A stretch of 64,000 nucleotides of DNA from positions 14,118 through 78,117 of the forward strand of contig JBBRWS010000002.1 in assembly GCA_038249055.1 (NCBI GenBank), written 5' to 3'. Position 1 is the first letter of the stretch. Each line of letters opens with the position of its first letter. Shown piece by piece: positions 36,513 through 48,218 of the stretch. The notes under the pieces were generated by a model, which ran no database searches, was not told the DNA's origin, and saw only the letters and a list, made by a program, of their open reading frames with translations. The translations under genes and the position numbers were made by a program. The stretch comes from Minisyncoccia bacterium. GTDB lineage: Bacteria > Patescibacteriota > Minisyncoccia > Phycocordibacterales > UBA9973.

Positions 36513-38045
36513 ATGAAGGAACAGTTCAACGAAAAAGATTCTCTGCAAAAAGATATAGAAAGTCAGACAACAGCAGAAGGTATAAAAAGTTTTATAGATG
36601 ATACCGAGGCATGGGGTGGTCATGAAGATATAGTTCTGTTTGCTAAAAAAAAGCTCGAAGATATTTCATTGAAGGCTAATGCAGCAGAACAAACAAGTGA
36701 ATCTCATATTGTTCAAATAAATGAGATGGAGGGAAGTGTGGTAGCAGTAGCAGAAAGAACAAAAAATATTGATAAACAAATAGAAGAGGTTAAAGCAAAT
36801 GCAGCAGCAGAAATTGGAAAAGTTGAGGCTATTGGAGCTGAGATAGGAGAGAAAAGCCCAGAAATAATAATAGATAAAAGATTACAAGAATATACCGAAG
36901 GTAATATTATAAAATTTGCAGAAGAAGGAAGACCTTACAAAGTAACAAAAACAGCAGAAGATAAAGGTTCTTATTATTTAGCGGAAATAGAAGCTATTTT
37001 AGAACCAGGAGAAGATTCTAAACACAAAGATCATAATTTTGTTGAATTAGAGAAAACAGAAAATGGATCAATTGGGAAAATACTTGCAAGACCTGATTAC
37101 TTATATAAACCTAGAGAAACACAAAAAGTAGAAGGAGAAAAAAATGCAGGAGAAGTAATAGAAAATAATATAAATAATAATGTTGCAGAACCAGAGAAGG
37201 TAGCAGAAGTTCAAAATGAAACAACTGCTGAGTCTGTTGTAGCTCCAGAGACTAAAGTTGAAAGCCCTGTTGTTTCAAAACCAGAAGCTGGACCAGAAAA
37301 AGTAATTAGTAAAGGGGAAGAAAGGTATAATAAAATTTCAGATACAATAACTACTCAAAAGAATAAATTTACAGGTTGGATAAGTAGAGGAACTGAAGGT
37401 CTTGGAAAATTTATTAAAAAGGGATTAATAGGAGCTTTGGAAGCACCAGAAGATATAACTCATGGTGTAAAAGTTGTTGGAAATAAAATAGTAGAAGAAT
37501 CAGGCTATATAAAAGATAGCATTGTAGCAGGAGCTACCATTGTTGGTAAAACAACAGTTGAAGGATTTAAATCTATGGGAAATGATTATAATAAATTTGA
37601 TAAATATAGAGGTGAAAAAGTTGAACAAATAGGAGAATGGGTAGGATTCAGTGCAGCTCAGGCTTATGAGTCAAGTTCAAATTGGATAAAAGAAAAGAAA
37701 ACAAAAACAGAAAATATTATTAATGGAGTTTCTCTTGCTACAGAAACAGTTTATGAATTAGCAAAAGATAAATCGATTGAAAAATTGGAGAATACAAGAG
37801 ATAGCATTAAAAAATCTTTAAAAGAACTTAAAAAACATGGTGAAAGCGCATTGGATACAGCTCGATTATGGGCTTGGTATAAAAAAGATGACTACAATAA
37901 AAAGAAGAATGCTATAAAAGAAGCATATCTTAAAAAGAAAGGAGAAATAGAATATAGTAAAATGCAGAAAATATTAGAAAAAAATGCTCAATTAAATCAA
38001 ATTGGGAAGAAAGGAGAAAAACTAGAATATAAAATAGCCGCATAA
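36513..38045 (+). CDS. hypothetical 510-aa Lys/Glu-rich, predicted coiled-coil protein
   Basis: Long ORF, no motif. Confidence 0.5.
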   Translation: MKEQFNEKDSLQKDIESQTTAEGIKSFIDDTEAWGGHEDIVLFAKKKLEDISLKANAAEQTSESHIVQINEMEGSVVAVAERTKNIDKQIEEVKANAAAEIGKVEAIGAEIGEKSPEIIIDKRLQEYTEGNIIKFAEEGRPYKVTKTAEDKGSYYLAEIEAILEPGEDSKHKDHNFVELEKTENGSIGKILARPDYLYKPRETQKVEGEKNAGEVIENNINNNVAEPEKVAEVQNETTAESVVAPETKVESPVVSKPEAGPEKVISKGEERYNKISDTITTQKNKFTGWISRGTEGLGKFIKKGLIGALEAPEDITHGVKVVGNKIVEESGYIKDSIVAGATIVGKTTVEGFKSMGNDYNKFDKYRGEKVEQIGEWVGFSAAQAYESSSNWIKEKKTKTENIINGVSLATETVYELAKDKSIEKLENTRDSIKKSLKELKKHGESALDTARLWAWYKKDDYNKKKNAIKEAYLKKKGEIEYSKMQKILEKNAQLNQIGKKGEKLEYKIAA

Positions 38046-38049
38046 TATT

Positions 38050-38409
38050 ATGAATATACAAGAACTAAAAGATTTTTTTATAGCTAGTGAATATTCTGAT
38101 GAGACAAAGAAAATAATAGCTGCTATTTTATCTGACAAAGTAGAAGCAACCCCCGAGATGATTTTTCAAATCAAGGAAATATTACAAAATGAACTCGATG
38201 CTGATTTTAAAGAAGCAGGAGTTGATATAACAGGTGATCCTGAAGCAGAAATAATTGAAAAAGAGTATGCAGAGGAATTGGATTTGATAGAAAAAGATTT
38301 AAATAGTGATATGGAATTTGTAGAGAAGGAATTAAATGAGTTAGATGAACTAAATACAAAAGTACAAGAAATTTCAGATGAAATGGAGGCAGGAGAAATA
38401 AAAAAATAA
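38050..38409 (+). CDS. hypothetical small highly acidic protein
   Basis: 119 aa, about 30% Asp/Glu. Confidence 0.4.
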   Translation: MNIQELKDFFIASEYSDETKKIIAAILSDKVEATPEMIFQIKEILQNELDADFKEAGVDITGDPEAEIIEKEYAEELDLIEKDLNSDMEFVEKELNELDELNTKVQEISDEMEAGEIKK

Positions 38410-38420
38410 ATATAAAATTT

Positions 38421-38453
38421 AAAAGCGCCCCGATGAAAGTCGGGGCGCTTTTA
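38421..38453. terminator. bidirectional terminator (AAAAGCGCCCCGA..TCGGGGCGCTTTT)
   Basis: Sits between the convergent 38050 gene and recG. Confidence 0.75.
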
Positions 38454-38458
38454 AATTA

Positions 38459-40693
38459 TTATTCAAAATGAAGTTTAATATTTTTACTTATAAGTGTTTT
38501 AGCTAAAAGAGGGGATAGTTTTAAATCAATATCATTTTGTATTATTGCTATTGCCTCTGTTCGTGCAGCTTCTACCATTTTTATATTTTTCATTGCTTCC
38601 ATCCCAAGATCAGTGATACCCCATTGTTTATCACCACCGAGAAGTCCAGCTCCACGAAGAGATAAATCTAGTTCAGCAAGTTCAAAACCATTAGCTGCTT
38701 TAGTTAGAGCTTTCAATCTGTCTATTGTTTTATCAGTTTTAGCATCAGCAAAGAGGTAACAATAAGATTGATAAGTAGAGCGTATAACTCTACCACGAAG
38801 TTGATGGAGTTGAGCAAGGCCAAATCTTTCTGCTCCCTCTATTATAATAACAGTTGAATTTGGAATATTTACTCCTACCTCTATTACGGAGGTAGAAACT
38901 AATATATCAACTTTATGCTCAGCAAATTCTCTCATTACCTGCTCTTTTTTTTGCTTAGTCATTTTGCTATGCATTATATCAATACGATAATCTTGGAACA
39001 CTTCTTTCTTTAATCTTTTTGCTTCACTGGTTACCGATTTTACATCGAGTTTTATTTTGTCTTCTTCATCTGTTGTCTCATCTATTTTAGGACAGATTAT
39101 ATATAATTGTCTTCCTGCCCCTAGTTCTTTTTTAATCTTTTCATAAGCATCCAATCTTTTATTTTCACCAACTATTTCAGTAATAACTTCTTTTCTCCCT
39201 TCGGGCATTTGGTCAATTATAGATAAATCTAAATCCCCATAAATAGTAAGCGCGAGAGTTCGTGGGATAGGTGTAGCAGTCATAGATAAATAGTGAGGGG
39301 AGTGACCTTCTTTCTTAGCCAGTTTCATTCTCTGGTTGGTTCCAAATCGGTGTTGTTCATCTATCACCACAAGTCCTAAATCTTCAAATTCTACAGACTT
39401 TGATATTAAAGAATGAGTACCAATAACTATTGGTATTTCGCCGTTTTTAATCCATTTGAGAAGTTGGTTTTTTGCTATAGGGGTCCAAGTTTTAATTTGT
39501 TCTCCATCTTTCCATCCTCCTGATTTACTTGGAAATTTACGGCAACCAGAAGAAGTAATAAGGGCAATTGAAATACCTGTGTGTTCAAAATATTTAGTAA
39601 AGTTTTCAAAAAGCTGAGTAGCTAAAACTTCTGTTGGTGCCATATAGGCAACTTGTAAATTGCCAAAAGATTGACCAATTGGTCTATTTTTAATAACAGC
39701 ATATGCAATAGTTGCTGCAACAAATGTTTTACCACTTCCTACATCTCCTTCAACTAAACGCGACATTGGTTTATCCTTTTTTAAATCTTCAAGAATAGTA
39801 TGTATTGTAGATGTTTGAGCAGGAGTTGGTTTGAAAGGAAATCTAGAAACGAAATCTTTAATATCACTATCTTTAACAATAAGTTTATATGAAAAAAGTT
39901 CCTCATATTTTTTACGTTCTTGTTGGCGAGCAAGTTGTATAAAAAATACTTCTTCGAAGGCAAATCTTTTTCGAGCAATCTCTGCGTGTTCTTTCTTTTG
40001 GGGGGAGTGTATCCAAACAAGAGCAGTATGTAGAGAGGGTAATTTGTATTTATTTAAAATTTCTTTGTCTAAATAATCTGGAATATTTTTAATACAATCT
40101 GACTTTAGAATTTTTTTGATTGCATGGTACATCCATTTTGAAGTAATACCTTTTGATTCTGGATAAATTGGATAACCATATTGGCTACCCCCTTCCGCTT
40201 TTTGAAAAAGTGAATCATGTAAATCAATTGGAAGAATATCCTCTTTATTTATTTCAGGGTTTGTAAGTGTTAGTCCATATGTTTTACTTTCTGAAACTTT
40301 ACCAGTAACACGAACCGTGGAACCTTCTTTTAGCATTTTTGCTAAGTATGGTTGATGAAACCAAACAATATTTATCTTTCCAGTAAGATCAGTGATAGTA
40401 GCTTGACCCATAGGAATTTTACTTTTAAAACCTTTTTTTGTTTGTAATTTAGATATGATTCCTATAATTGTAACTTGTTCACCGTCTTGTAAAGTATTTA
40501 TATAGCGGAACTCACTTATGTCTGTATATCGAGAGGGAAAATAATATAAAAGATCTCGAACCTCCATTATTCCAAGTCGAGTTAATGCCTTTTTTTGATT
40601 TATATCTATTCTAAATTGAGATTCTATTTTATCAGTTAATAACATAATCAAGAGGAGAAAAATTATTTTTTGTTTTATCTCCGTAAAGAACAA
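38459..40693 (-). CDS. recG: ATP-dependent DNA helicase RecG
   Basis: Wedge-domain N-terminus, Walker A GDVGSGKT, DEQHRFG, TATPIPRTLAL and QLRGRVIR motifs. The true start is probably an internal Met. Confidence 0.9.
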   Translation of the reverse strand: MFFTEIKQKIIFLLLIMLLTDKIESQFRIDINQKKALTRLGIMEVRDLLYYFPSRYTDISEFRYINTLQDGEQVTIIGIISKLQTKKGFKSKIPMGQATITDLTGKINIVWFHQPYLAKMLKEGSTVRVTGKVSESKTYGLTLTNPEINKEDILPIDLHDSLFQKAEGGSQYGYPIYPESKGITSKWMYHAIKKILKSDCIKNIPDYLDKEILNKYKLPSLHTALVWIHSPQKKEHAEIARKRFAFEEVFFIQLARQQERKKYEELFSYKLIVKDSDIKDFVSRFPFKPTPAQTSTIHTILEDLKKDKPMSRLVEGDVGSGKTFVAATIAYAVIKNRPIGQSFGNLQVAYMAPTEVLATQLFENFTKYFEHTGISIALITSSGCRKFPSKSGGWKDGEQIKTWTPIAKNQLLKWIKNGEIPIVIGTHSLISKSVEFEDLGLVVIDEQHRFGTNQRMKLAKKEGHSPHYLSMTATPIPRTLALTIYGDLDLSIIDQMPEGRKEVITEIVGENKRLDAYEKIKKELGAGRQLYIICPKIDETTDEEDKIKLDVKSVTSEAKRLKKEVFQDYRIDIMHSKMTKQKKEQVMREFAEHKVDILVSTSVIEVGVNIPNSTVIIIEGAERFGLAQLHQLRGRVIRSTYQSYCYLFADAKTDKTIDRLKALTKAANGFELAELDLSLRGAGLLGGDKQWGITDLGMEAMKNIKMVEAARTEAIAIIQNDIDLKLSPLLAKTLISKNIKLHFE

Positions 40694-40790
40694 TACCGCC
40701 TATAGCTATAAATATAATTAGTAAAATTATAGTTCTTGTTTTACTTAATTCTTTTTTCATGTAAATATTATATCAGAATATTTTATATTG

Positions 40791-40879
40791 CGGAGACGGC
40801 GAGATTCGAACTCGCGAGGGGGTTTGAAGCCCCTGCCTCTTTAGCAAAGAGGTACGTTAGACCACTCTGACACGTCTCC
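40791..40879 (-). tRNA. tRNA-Ser (anticodon GCU), type II
   Basis: Minus strand GGAGACG..anticodon stem CCUCU/AGAGG with loop UUGCUAA, a long variable arm, T-arm GCGAG-UUCGAAU-CUCGC, discriminator G. Confidence 0.8.
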
Positions 40880-41110
40880 TTAATATACAAAGTAACACAA
40901 TTATGCTTATTTCTCAATAATATTTTATTATTAAAAATAAATGTGTTAGTATATTGAGGTTAGTAAAAATGAAATACGGAGGCGTGGATATGAAATATAA
41001 ACTGCTTTATATTTCATCCGTTCAGTTCAAAACTGACAATCTTATGTGCGAAGCACAAGATTGAGGGAAGGGTCCGGTAGGACACGAAGACACGCCGACG
41101 AGCTACGCGA

Positions 41111-41196
41111 GGAGGCGTGGATGAGTGGCTTAAATCAACGGTTTACTAAACCGTCGTCCCCTTAAAGGACCGTGAGTTCGAATCTCACCGCCTCCG
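41111..41196 (+). tRNA. type-II tRNA, Ser-like (G73, long variable arm) with atypical anticodon loop UUACUAA (formal anticodon ACU)
   Basis: Acceptor GGAGGCG/CGCCUCC, 3-bp D-stem, anticodon stem ACGGU/ACCGU, variable hairpin GUCC-CCUUAAA-GGAC, T-arm GUGAG-UUCGAAU-CUCAC. Confidence 0.65.
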
Positions 41197-41229
41197 CATG
41201 TTGAAAAAATTGCCCTTTTATGGGGCATT

Positions 41230-41612
41230 TTTTCTTATGCGGAGGTGAACAAATGAACTGCTTCATTTGTGTGTGAGATTCGAAAGACTTTTCCTTGTTG
41301 TAGACGGAAAAGTACCCGCCGCAGTATCGGCGAATCTCACCGCCTCCGCAAAAAACAGAAAACCCGAAAGGGTTTTTCTTTTTGCGGGCGAAAGAGCAAA
41401 CTGCTTTGCTCTTGTGTGAGATTCGAAAGACTTTTCGTTCTCTGGTGTTAACCAGAGCGAAAAGTACCTGGCTATGTAGTAGCCGAAAAATGTACTCATG
41501 GTCTCACTGCTACATTCGAAAGACTTTTTTTTATTGAAGATAGAAATACCTCAATTAACAAATTGACCTACTGGGCGCCGCAGTATCGGCGAATCTCACC
41601 GCCTCCGCAAAT
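41230..41612. repeat. tRNA-adjacent repeat array: TGTGTGAGATTCGAAAGACTTTTC..GAAAAGTACC modules plus two direct copies of the tRNA 3' end (CGCAGTATCGGCGAATCTCACCGCCTCCGCA)
   Basis: The tRNA 3' end GAATCTCACCGCCTCCGCA recurs at 41335-41358 and 41590-41612. GTGAGATTCGAA is the inverted T-arm. Confidence 0.7.
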
Positions 41613-41615
41613 AAT

Positions 41616-41664
41616 AAAAATAGAGGTTGTACGTCTACGGGAGACGTCCAACCTCTATTTTTAT
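41616..41664. terminator. repeat-family hairpin/terminator, inverse orientation (TAGAGGTTGTACGTC..GACGTCCAACCTCTA)
   Basis: Downstream of the minus-strand gene 41673..42179. Its orientation is flipped relative to the copies after plus-strand genes. Confidence 0.65.
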
Positions 41665-41672
41665 TATTTTTT

Positions 41673-42179
41673 TTATTTTAAACTTTCTGCAAGTTTTTCG
41701 AGAGAGCTTTCCCAGCCTTCCTTCATACCACTTTTAATCATAGCTTCAAGTGCCGTGTCAGATTCTGGTGCATAGAGGATTGTAAGTTTTGTTTTACCCG
41801 CTTCTTTTTCTTCAAAAGTTACCGTTGCTATATTTTCTGATGGAAAATTTGGAGACATGCCGTAGTCGGCTGGTGTTATCATTTCACCGTCTTCATTTGA
41901 AAAATAATCAGTAACTACAAGTTTTTCCATTGGTATAATTTCTTTATAAATACCCGCGCTATACATAACTTTGTCCCATTGCGAACCCGCCGGTCCTTGC
42001 ATGGCAAAAATATATTTTCCGCCAACCCTTAAATCGATTTTTATTGATGGTGCAGTAAATCCCTTTGGCCCCCACCATTTCATAGCCATCTCAGGTATTG
42101 TCCATGCTTTCCAAACCAACTCCCTGGGAACATTAAAAGTTTTTTCTATTCTTATTTCTCTTTTATTTGTATTTTCCAT
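41673..42179 (-). CDS. SRPBCC-superfamily protein, Aha1/AHSA1-domain-like
   Basis: VWKAWTIPEMAMKWWGPKGFT...DLRVGGKY pattern of the AHSA1 family. GC content higher than the surroundings. Confidence 0.6.
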   Translation of the reverse strand: MENTNKREIRIEKTFNVPRELVWKAWTIPEMAMKWWGPKGFTAPSIKIDLRVGGKYIFAMQGPAGSQWDKVMYSAGIYKEIIPMEKLVVTDYFSNEDGEMITPADYGMSPNFPSENIATVTFEEKEAGKTKLTILYAPESDTALEAMIKSGMKEGWESSLEKLAESLK

Positions 42180-42307
42180 ATTATTTATTTTTTCAATTAA
42201 TTAATAATATAAACCTGTAATAATATTTTATCATATATAAATCAATTTAAAACTGAAGTTAAGTTACAATAAACATGCAATTTTGTTGATAACTATTTTA
42301 ATCTCAA

Positions 42308-42856
42308 ATGAACAGTAGTATAATTAATGTATTATTAATTGTTAATATAATTTATATGGAAAAATCAAATACATTTTGGATTGTTGCAGTTGTAATAGTT
42401 TTTATTTTGGGAGGATGGTATTTTATGTCGATGAAGTCTACACAAACAAACTTATATCCATCTAAAAATGTGGATTCAAATAGTTCAATAGAACAAAATA
42501 ATGTTGAGCAAAAAAGTGCTACGCGTACCATTAATGTTTCTTCGGATCCAAATTTAGGTAATTATTTAGTAGCATCAAATGGGATGACACTTTATATGTT
42601 TACTAAAGATGCACCTAGTGTAAGTAATTGCTATGACGCATGTGCTGTTAATTGGCCTGTTTATTCTGTTCCTATTAACGAGCCTCTAACACTTGGAGAT
42701 GGTATTACTGGTCAGTTAGCCACAATTACTCGTACTGATGGTTCTTCTCAGCTTACGTATAATGGCACACCTCTTTATTTTTGGAAAAATGATTTAAAAA
42801 TTGGTGATGTAACAGGACAAAATGTTGGGGGTGTTTGGTTCGTTGTTAAGCCATAA
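42308..42856 (+). CDS. secreted/lipoprotein-like repeat protein (COG4315-type, Yx[FWY]xxD motifs)
   Basis: N-terminal TM, then TLYMFTKD and PLYFWKND repeats and GDVTGQNVGGVWFVV. Confidence 0.5.
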   Translation: MNSSIINVLLIVNIIYMEKSNTFWIVAVVIVFILGGWYFMSMKSTQTNLYPSKNVDSNSSIEQNNVEQKSATRTINVSSDPNLGNYLVASNGMTLYMFTKDAPSVSNCYDACAVNWPVYSVPINEPLTLGDGITGQLATITRTDGSSQLTYNGTPLYFWKNDLKIGDVTGQNVGGVWFVVKP

Positions 42857-43054
42857 TTTTTTAATATATAATTGTATAAGCAAAAGAACCTGAAGTTTTT
42901 TAAAATTTCAGGTTCTTTTCTATATTTATGTCTCATTTTTTTACCCAGCCAAAATATGCTAGAATGCTTTTATCAGAGTTGTAATCGTGGATATTTATTT
43001 CATATTGTCCGCACATAAAAATATAAAAAGGACTCACATTACAAAAATATATTA

Positions 43055-45410
<2,356 letters not shown>

Positions 45411-45433
45411 TATTTTAAATTTATAGATTAAAC

Positions 45434-45459
45434 AAAAAAGACCCTAAGGGTCTTTTTTG
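45434..45459 (+). terminator. intrinsic terminator (AAAGACCCTAAGGGTCTTTTTT)
   Basis: Seen directly in the sequence. Confidence 0.7.
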
Positions 45460-45534
45460 TTTGGCATGTAATTATTTGACAATTTCATAAATAAATGTAT
45501 AATTAATCTAAACTTATTTTATAAATAAAAAGTT

Positions 45535-45972
45535 ATGACGAAGAGAAAAGTAGAAAAAGGTACGGTTGCTGTTAATAGGTATTCACCCGAAAAACTCGCA
45601 ATGTTTAAGAAAAATATTTTACTTAAACTCGAGGAAACGATTAAAAGTCGGGATTACCACTTAGGGATGATGAGGGGTAACGAAAACGGGACTGATGATA
45701 CCTCATCTAGTTTTAATGATTTGGAAGACGGGAAATTAACCCTAACAAAAAAAGAGGCAGAAATCTTTTGGAAAAGGGATGTAGCCCTGATTCCATTTTT
45801 AAAAAATGCCTTAGTTCGCATCGAAAACAAAAATTACGGAATTTGCTATGAGACCGGTAAATTTATTCCGGAAGAACGCTTAATCGCCGTTCCTCATGCT
45901 ACTCGTAGTATTGAAGGAAAAGGTATTGAAGAAAAACGTAATTTTTCTAAACACGTAGTTATTAATCGCTAA
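45535..45972 (+). CDS. DksA/TraR-family C4-type zinc-finger protein
   Basis: C-terminal YGICYETGKFIPEERLIAVPHATRSIE. GC-elevated codon usage. A terminator GGTCACTTCAAACAAATGAAGTGACC + T-run follows. Confidence 0.6.
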   Translation: MTKRKVEKGTVAVNRYSPEKLAMFKKNILLKLEETIKSRDYHLGMMRGNENGTDDTSSSFNDLEDGKLTLTKKEAEIFWKRDVALIPFLKNALVRIENKNYGICYETGKFIPEERLIAVPHATRSIEGKGIEEKRNFSKHVVINR

Positions 45973-46226
45973 CTTTATCTTCTTAACTTTAACTAAAAAT
46001 GTAAAACTGGTCACTTCAAACAAATGAAGTGACCTTTTTTAATAATTATTGAATTAATGTTATAATTCAATAATGAAATTCGATTTTAATAAATATTGGA
46101 TTATAGTTTCATTTTTAATTATTATAAATATTATTTTATTTATAAATATGTCTAAAATGATGGAAACTTTCGTTATAAACCATATTGTAGATACACAAGT
46201 AATAAATTAATTAATTTAAAATAAAA

Positions 46227-46769
46227 ATGATAGATAAGACACAATTAACATTCGGACAGAAGATAAAAAAAAATATTTGGAAACACTTATATTTTGTATT
46301 TCCTTGGGTTCAAGCTCACTTTTTAAAATGGCATTTAGCTTGGCATGAAAAAGGACGTCAGCCATATCACATAGGATGGCTTGCCCCGGGTAAAACTCTA
46401 CAAGAATTAGAGCATCATCTTCATAGTGAATGGGGATTTGGAAACCATTTCGTAGCTTGGAAAGACAATGGTCAAGTTCTTTCTTGGCGTAAGCTTGAAA
46501 ATTTTGATGATCAATATCATATTCGTGTATTTAAAGATGGTGAAATAAGAGGTCACCACGAATATACTCCAGAAAGTAAACCATTTGAACATTTTGGAGA
46601 AATAAACGAACAGCCTCGAATTGAAGAATTCAGAAAATTTCTTGGAAATTATATCGTTCAAAGAAAATATATCTCACATCTTAGACCTGATGTGAATATA
46701 GCTCCCGATTCAGAAATAACTGTTGATGATAAAAACTATACAAAAAATGGAAGAAAACACAAGAATTAG
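46227..46769 (+). CDS. hypothetical His/Trp-rich protein
   Basis: 180 aa. Confidence 0.4.
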   Translation: MIDKTQLTFGQKIKKNIWKHLYFVFPWVQAHFLKWHLAWHEKGRQPYHIGWLAPGKTLQELEHHLHSEWGFGNHFVAWKDNGQVLSWRKLENFDDQYHIRVFKDGEIRGHHEYTPESKPFEHFGEINEQPRIEEFRKFLGNYIVQRKYISHLRPDVNIAPDSEITVDDKNYTKNGRKHKN

Positions 46770-46838
46770 TGGCTAGGTTCTAGAAAATAATTAGTTTCTA
46801 GTAGATAGTGACTAGGTTCTAGAAAAAATGCAAATATA

Positions 46839-46868
46839 AAATGCCCCGATGTTACATCGGGGCATTTT
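46839..46868. terminator. bidirectional terminator (ATGCCCCGATG..CATCGGGGCAT)
   Basis: Sits between convergent genes and is preceded by CTAG-rich repeats at 46770-46830. Confidence 0.7.
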
Positions 46869-46891
46869 AACTAATCACTAATCACTAAAAA

Positions 46892-48088
46892 CTATTCACT
46901 AATTTTCGTCTCCGGATAAACTATATCCCATAAAGCACTCGCTACATTATGTGGTTTACCTACGAGGGGGAAGTGATGAAGATCTATAAATGGAGCACTG
47001 TTACATTCGATAACCCCACATCTTGGTTGGTCCTTCCATGAAATAGATACATCATCCATTATAAAATCTACTCCTATAAGAGGGTCATCAAGTACTTCTG
47101 CTACTTTTTCAAGCATTTCTTTATTGTCAGGATGTACAATATCAGTCATATCAGTAATTCCACCTCCTACAGCTCTACTTGTTTTTTGTCCGAGAGTTAT
47201 TAGCTCATCTTTTTTTGGAATGGTATTTTCATTATGATTCCAGTTTTTTAATTCTTTTATTGCTTCATCATCTAGTTTTAGTTGGTGAAATATTGGTCCT
47301 TGTCTGAGAGGATTTTTATTTTCAATTTCTATGAGTTCTTTTATGTTATGAATTCCATCTCCTATTACATATGCTGGTTCACGGCGAAGGCAAGCGATAA
47401 GTTTTCCTCCAATTAGAGTTCCTCTAAAAACGTAACCAGAAAGTTCTTCTTCTATCATTACCCAAGGGGAAAGTTGACGAGCTATTTTAAAGGCAGTTAA
47501 AAATTCATCCGCACTATTTAAATGAGTTCTAGTATGGCGACTTCGTGAACCAAGATTTGGTTTTGTAATTACAGGTTTATCTAAAGAATTAAAAATCTTT
47601 AAAGCGTTCTTTGTAGAATGAGTCACTCCACCACGCGCTACTTTTATTCCAGCTTTTTCAAAGTGTTTTTTCATCTCACCTTTATTATCCATCCATTCCA
47701 ATCCTTTTGGATTATATATTTTTGGACGAGGTAAAACATCAAAAAATCTTTTATCTTTATTAAATTCTGATACGAAAATATCATGACCAATATTAAAAAG
47801 TCTAAATTCGTACATATTTATTCCTCTTTTTATAGCTTCTTCCCAAAGGACCTGTGCTCTACCACTATCATCTTTTTGAGGTTCGTATGTTATTTTGCCG
47901 AGTTTTAAAAAAGTTAAAGTTTTTGTTAATCCAGTACCCATCCAATCAAATGATGATTCGGGAATTAATTTACCCATCCAATTTGTCCAAGGTTCAATCA
48001 AAACACCCATTAAAATTGAGGTATAAACAATACCATGATTTACCTGACTCCCTCCACAATCAACACAATATTTTTTTGTTTTTTTCAT
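46892..48088 (-). CDS. ATP-grasp domain protein (RimK/cyanophycin-synthetase-like ligase) with N-terminal Cys cluster
   Basis: ATP-grasp pattern (KPNLGSRSRH...MIEEELSGYVFRGTLIGGKLIA...GVDFIMD) and an N-terminal YCVDCGGS. Confidence 0.55.
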   Translation of the reverse strand: MKKTKKYCVDCGGSQVNHGIVYTSILMGVLIEPWTNWMGKLIPESSFDWMGTGLTKTLTFLKLGKITYEPQKDDSGRAQVLWEEAIKRGINMYEFRLFNIGHDIFVSEFNKDKRFFDVLPRPKIYNPKGLEWMDNKGEMKKHFEKAGIKVARGGVTHSTKNALKIFNSLDKPVITKPNLGSRSRHTRTHLNSADEFLTAFKIARQLSPWVMIEEELSGYVFRGTLIGGKLIACLRREPAYVIGDGIHNIKELIEIENKNPLRQGPIFHQLKLDDEAIKELKNWNHNENTIPKKDELITLGQKTSRAVGGGITDMTDIVHPDNKEMLEKVAEVLDDPLIGVDFIMDDVSISWKDQPRCGVIECNSAPFIDLHHFPLVGKPHNVASALWDIVYPETKISE

Positions 48089-48218
48089 TATCCGATACTA
48101 AAATTTATTAATATATTATTATTCTGACTATTAGTATAATAGCATGAAAATTTTTTATTATAAATTTTCAGAGGTCCAACCCCTACTGACAACTAGAAAC
48201 TATCTACTAGAACCTAAT

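Noticed and set aside
40900-41110. Possible intron-containing or split tRNA upstream of the type-II tRNA (duplicated 5' end GGAGGCGTGGAT at 40968)
   Set aside because: The downstream tRNA is complete and folds on its own, so the upstream fragment is more simply a duplication remnant. I kept it as a note under the tRNA finding rather than as a feature.
41230-41612. Possible CRISPR array in the tRNA-adjacent repeats
   Set aside because: Repeat spacing is irregular (141 and 102 nt). The units are long and degenerate and include tRNA fragments. There is no regular repeat-spacer periodicity and there are no cas genes in the window.
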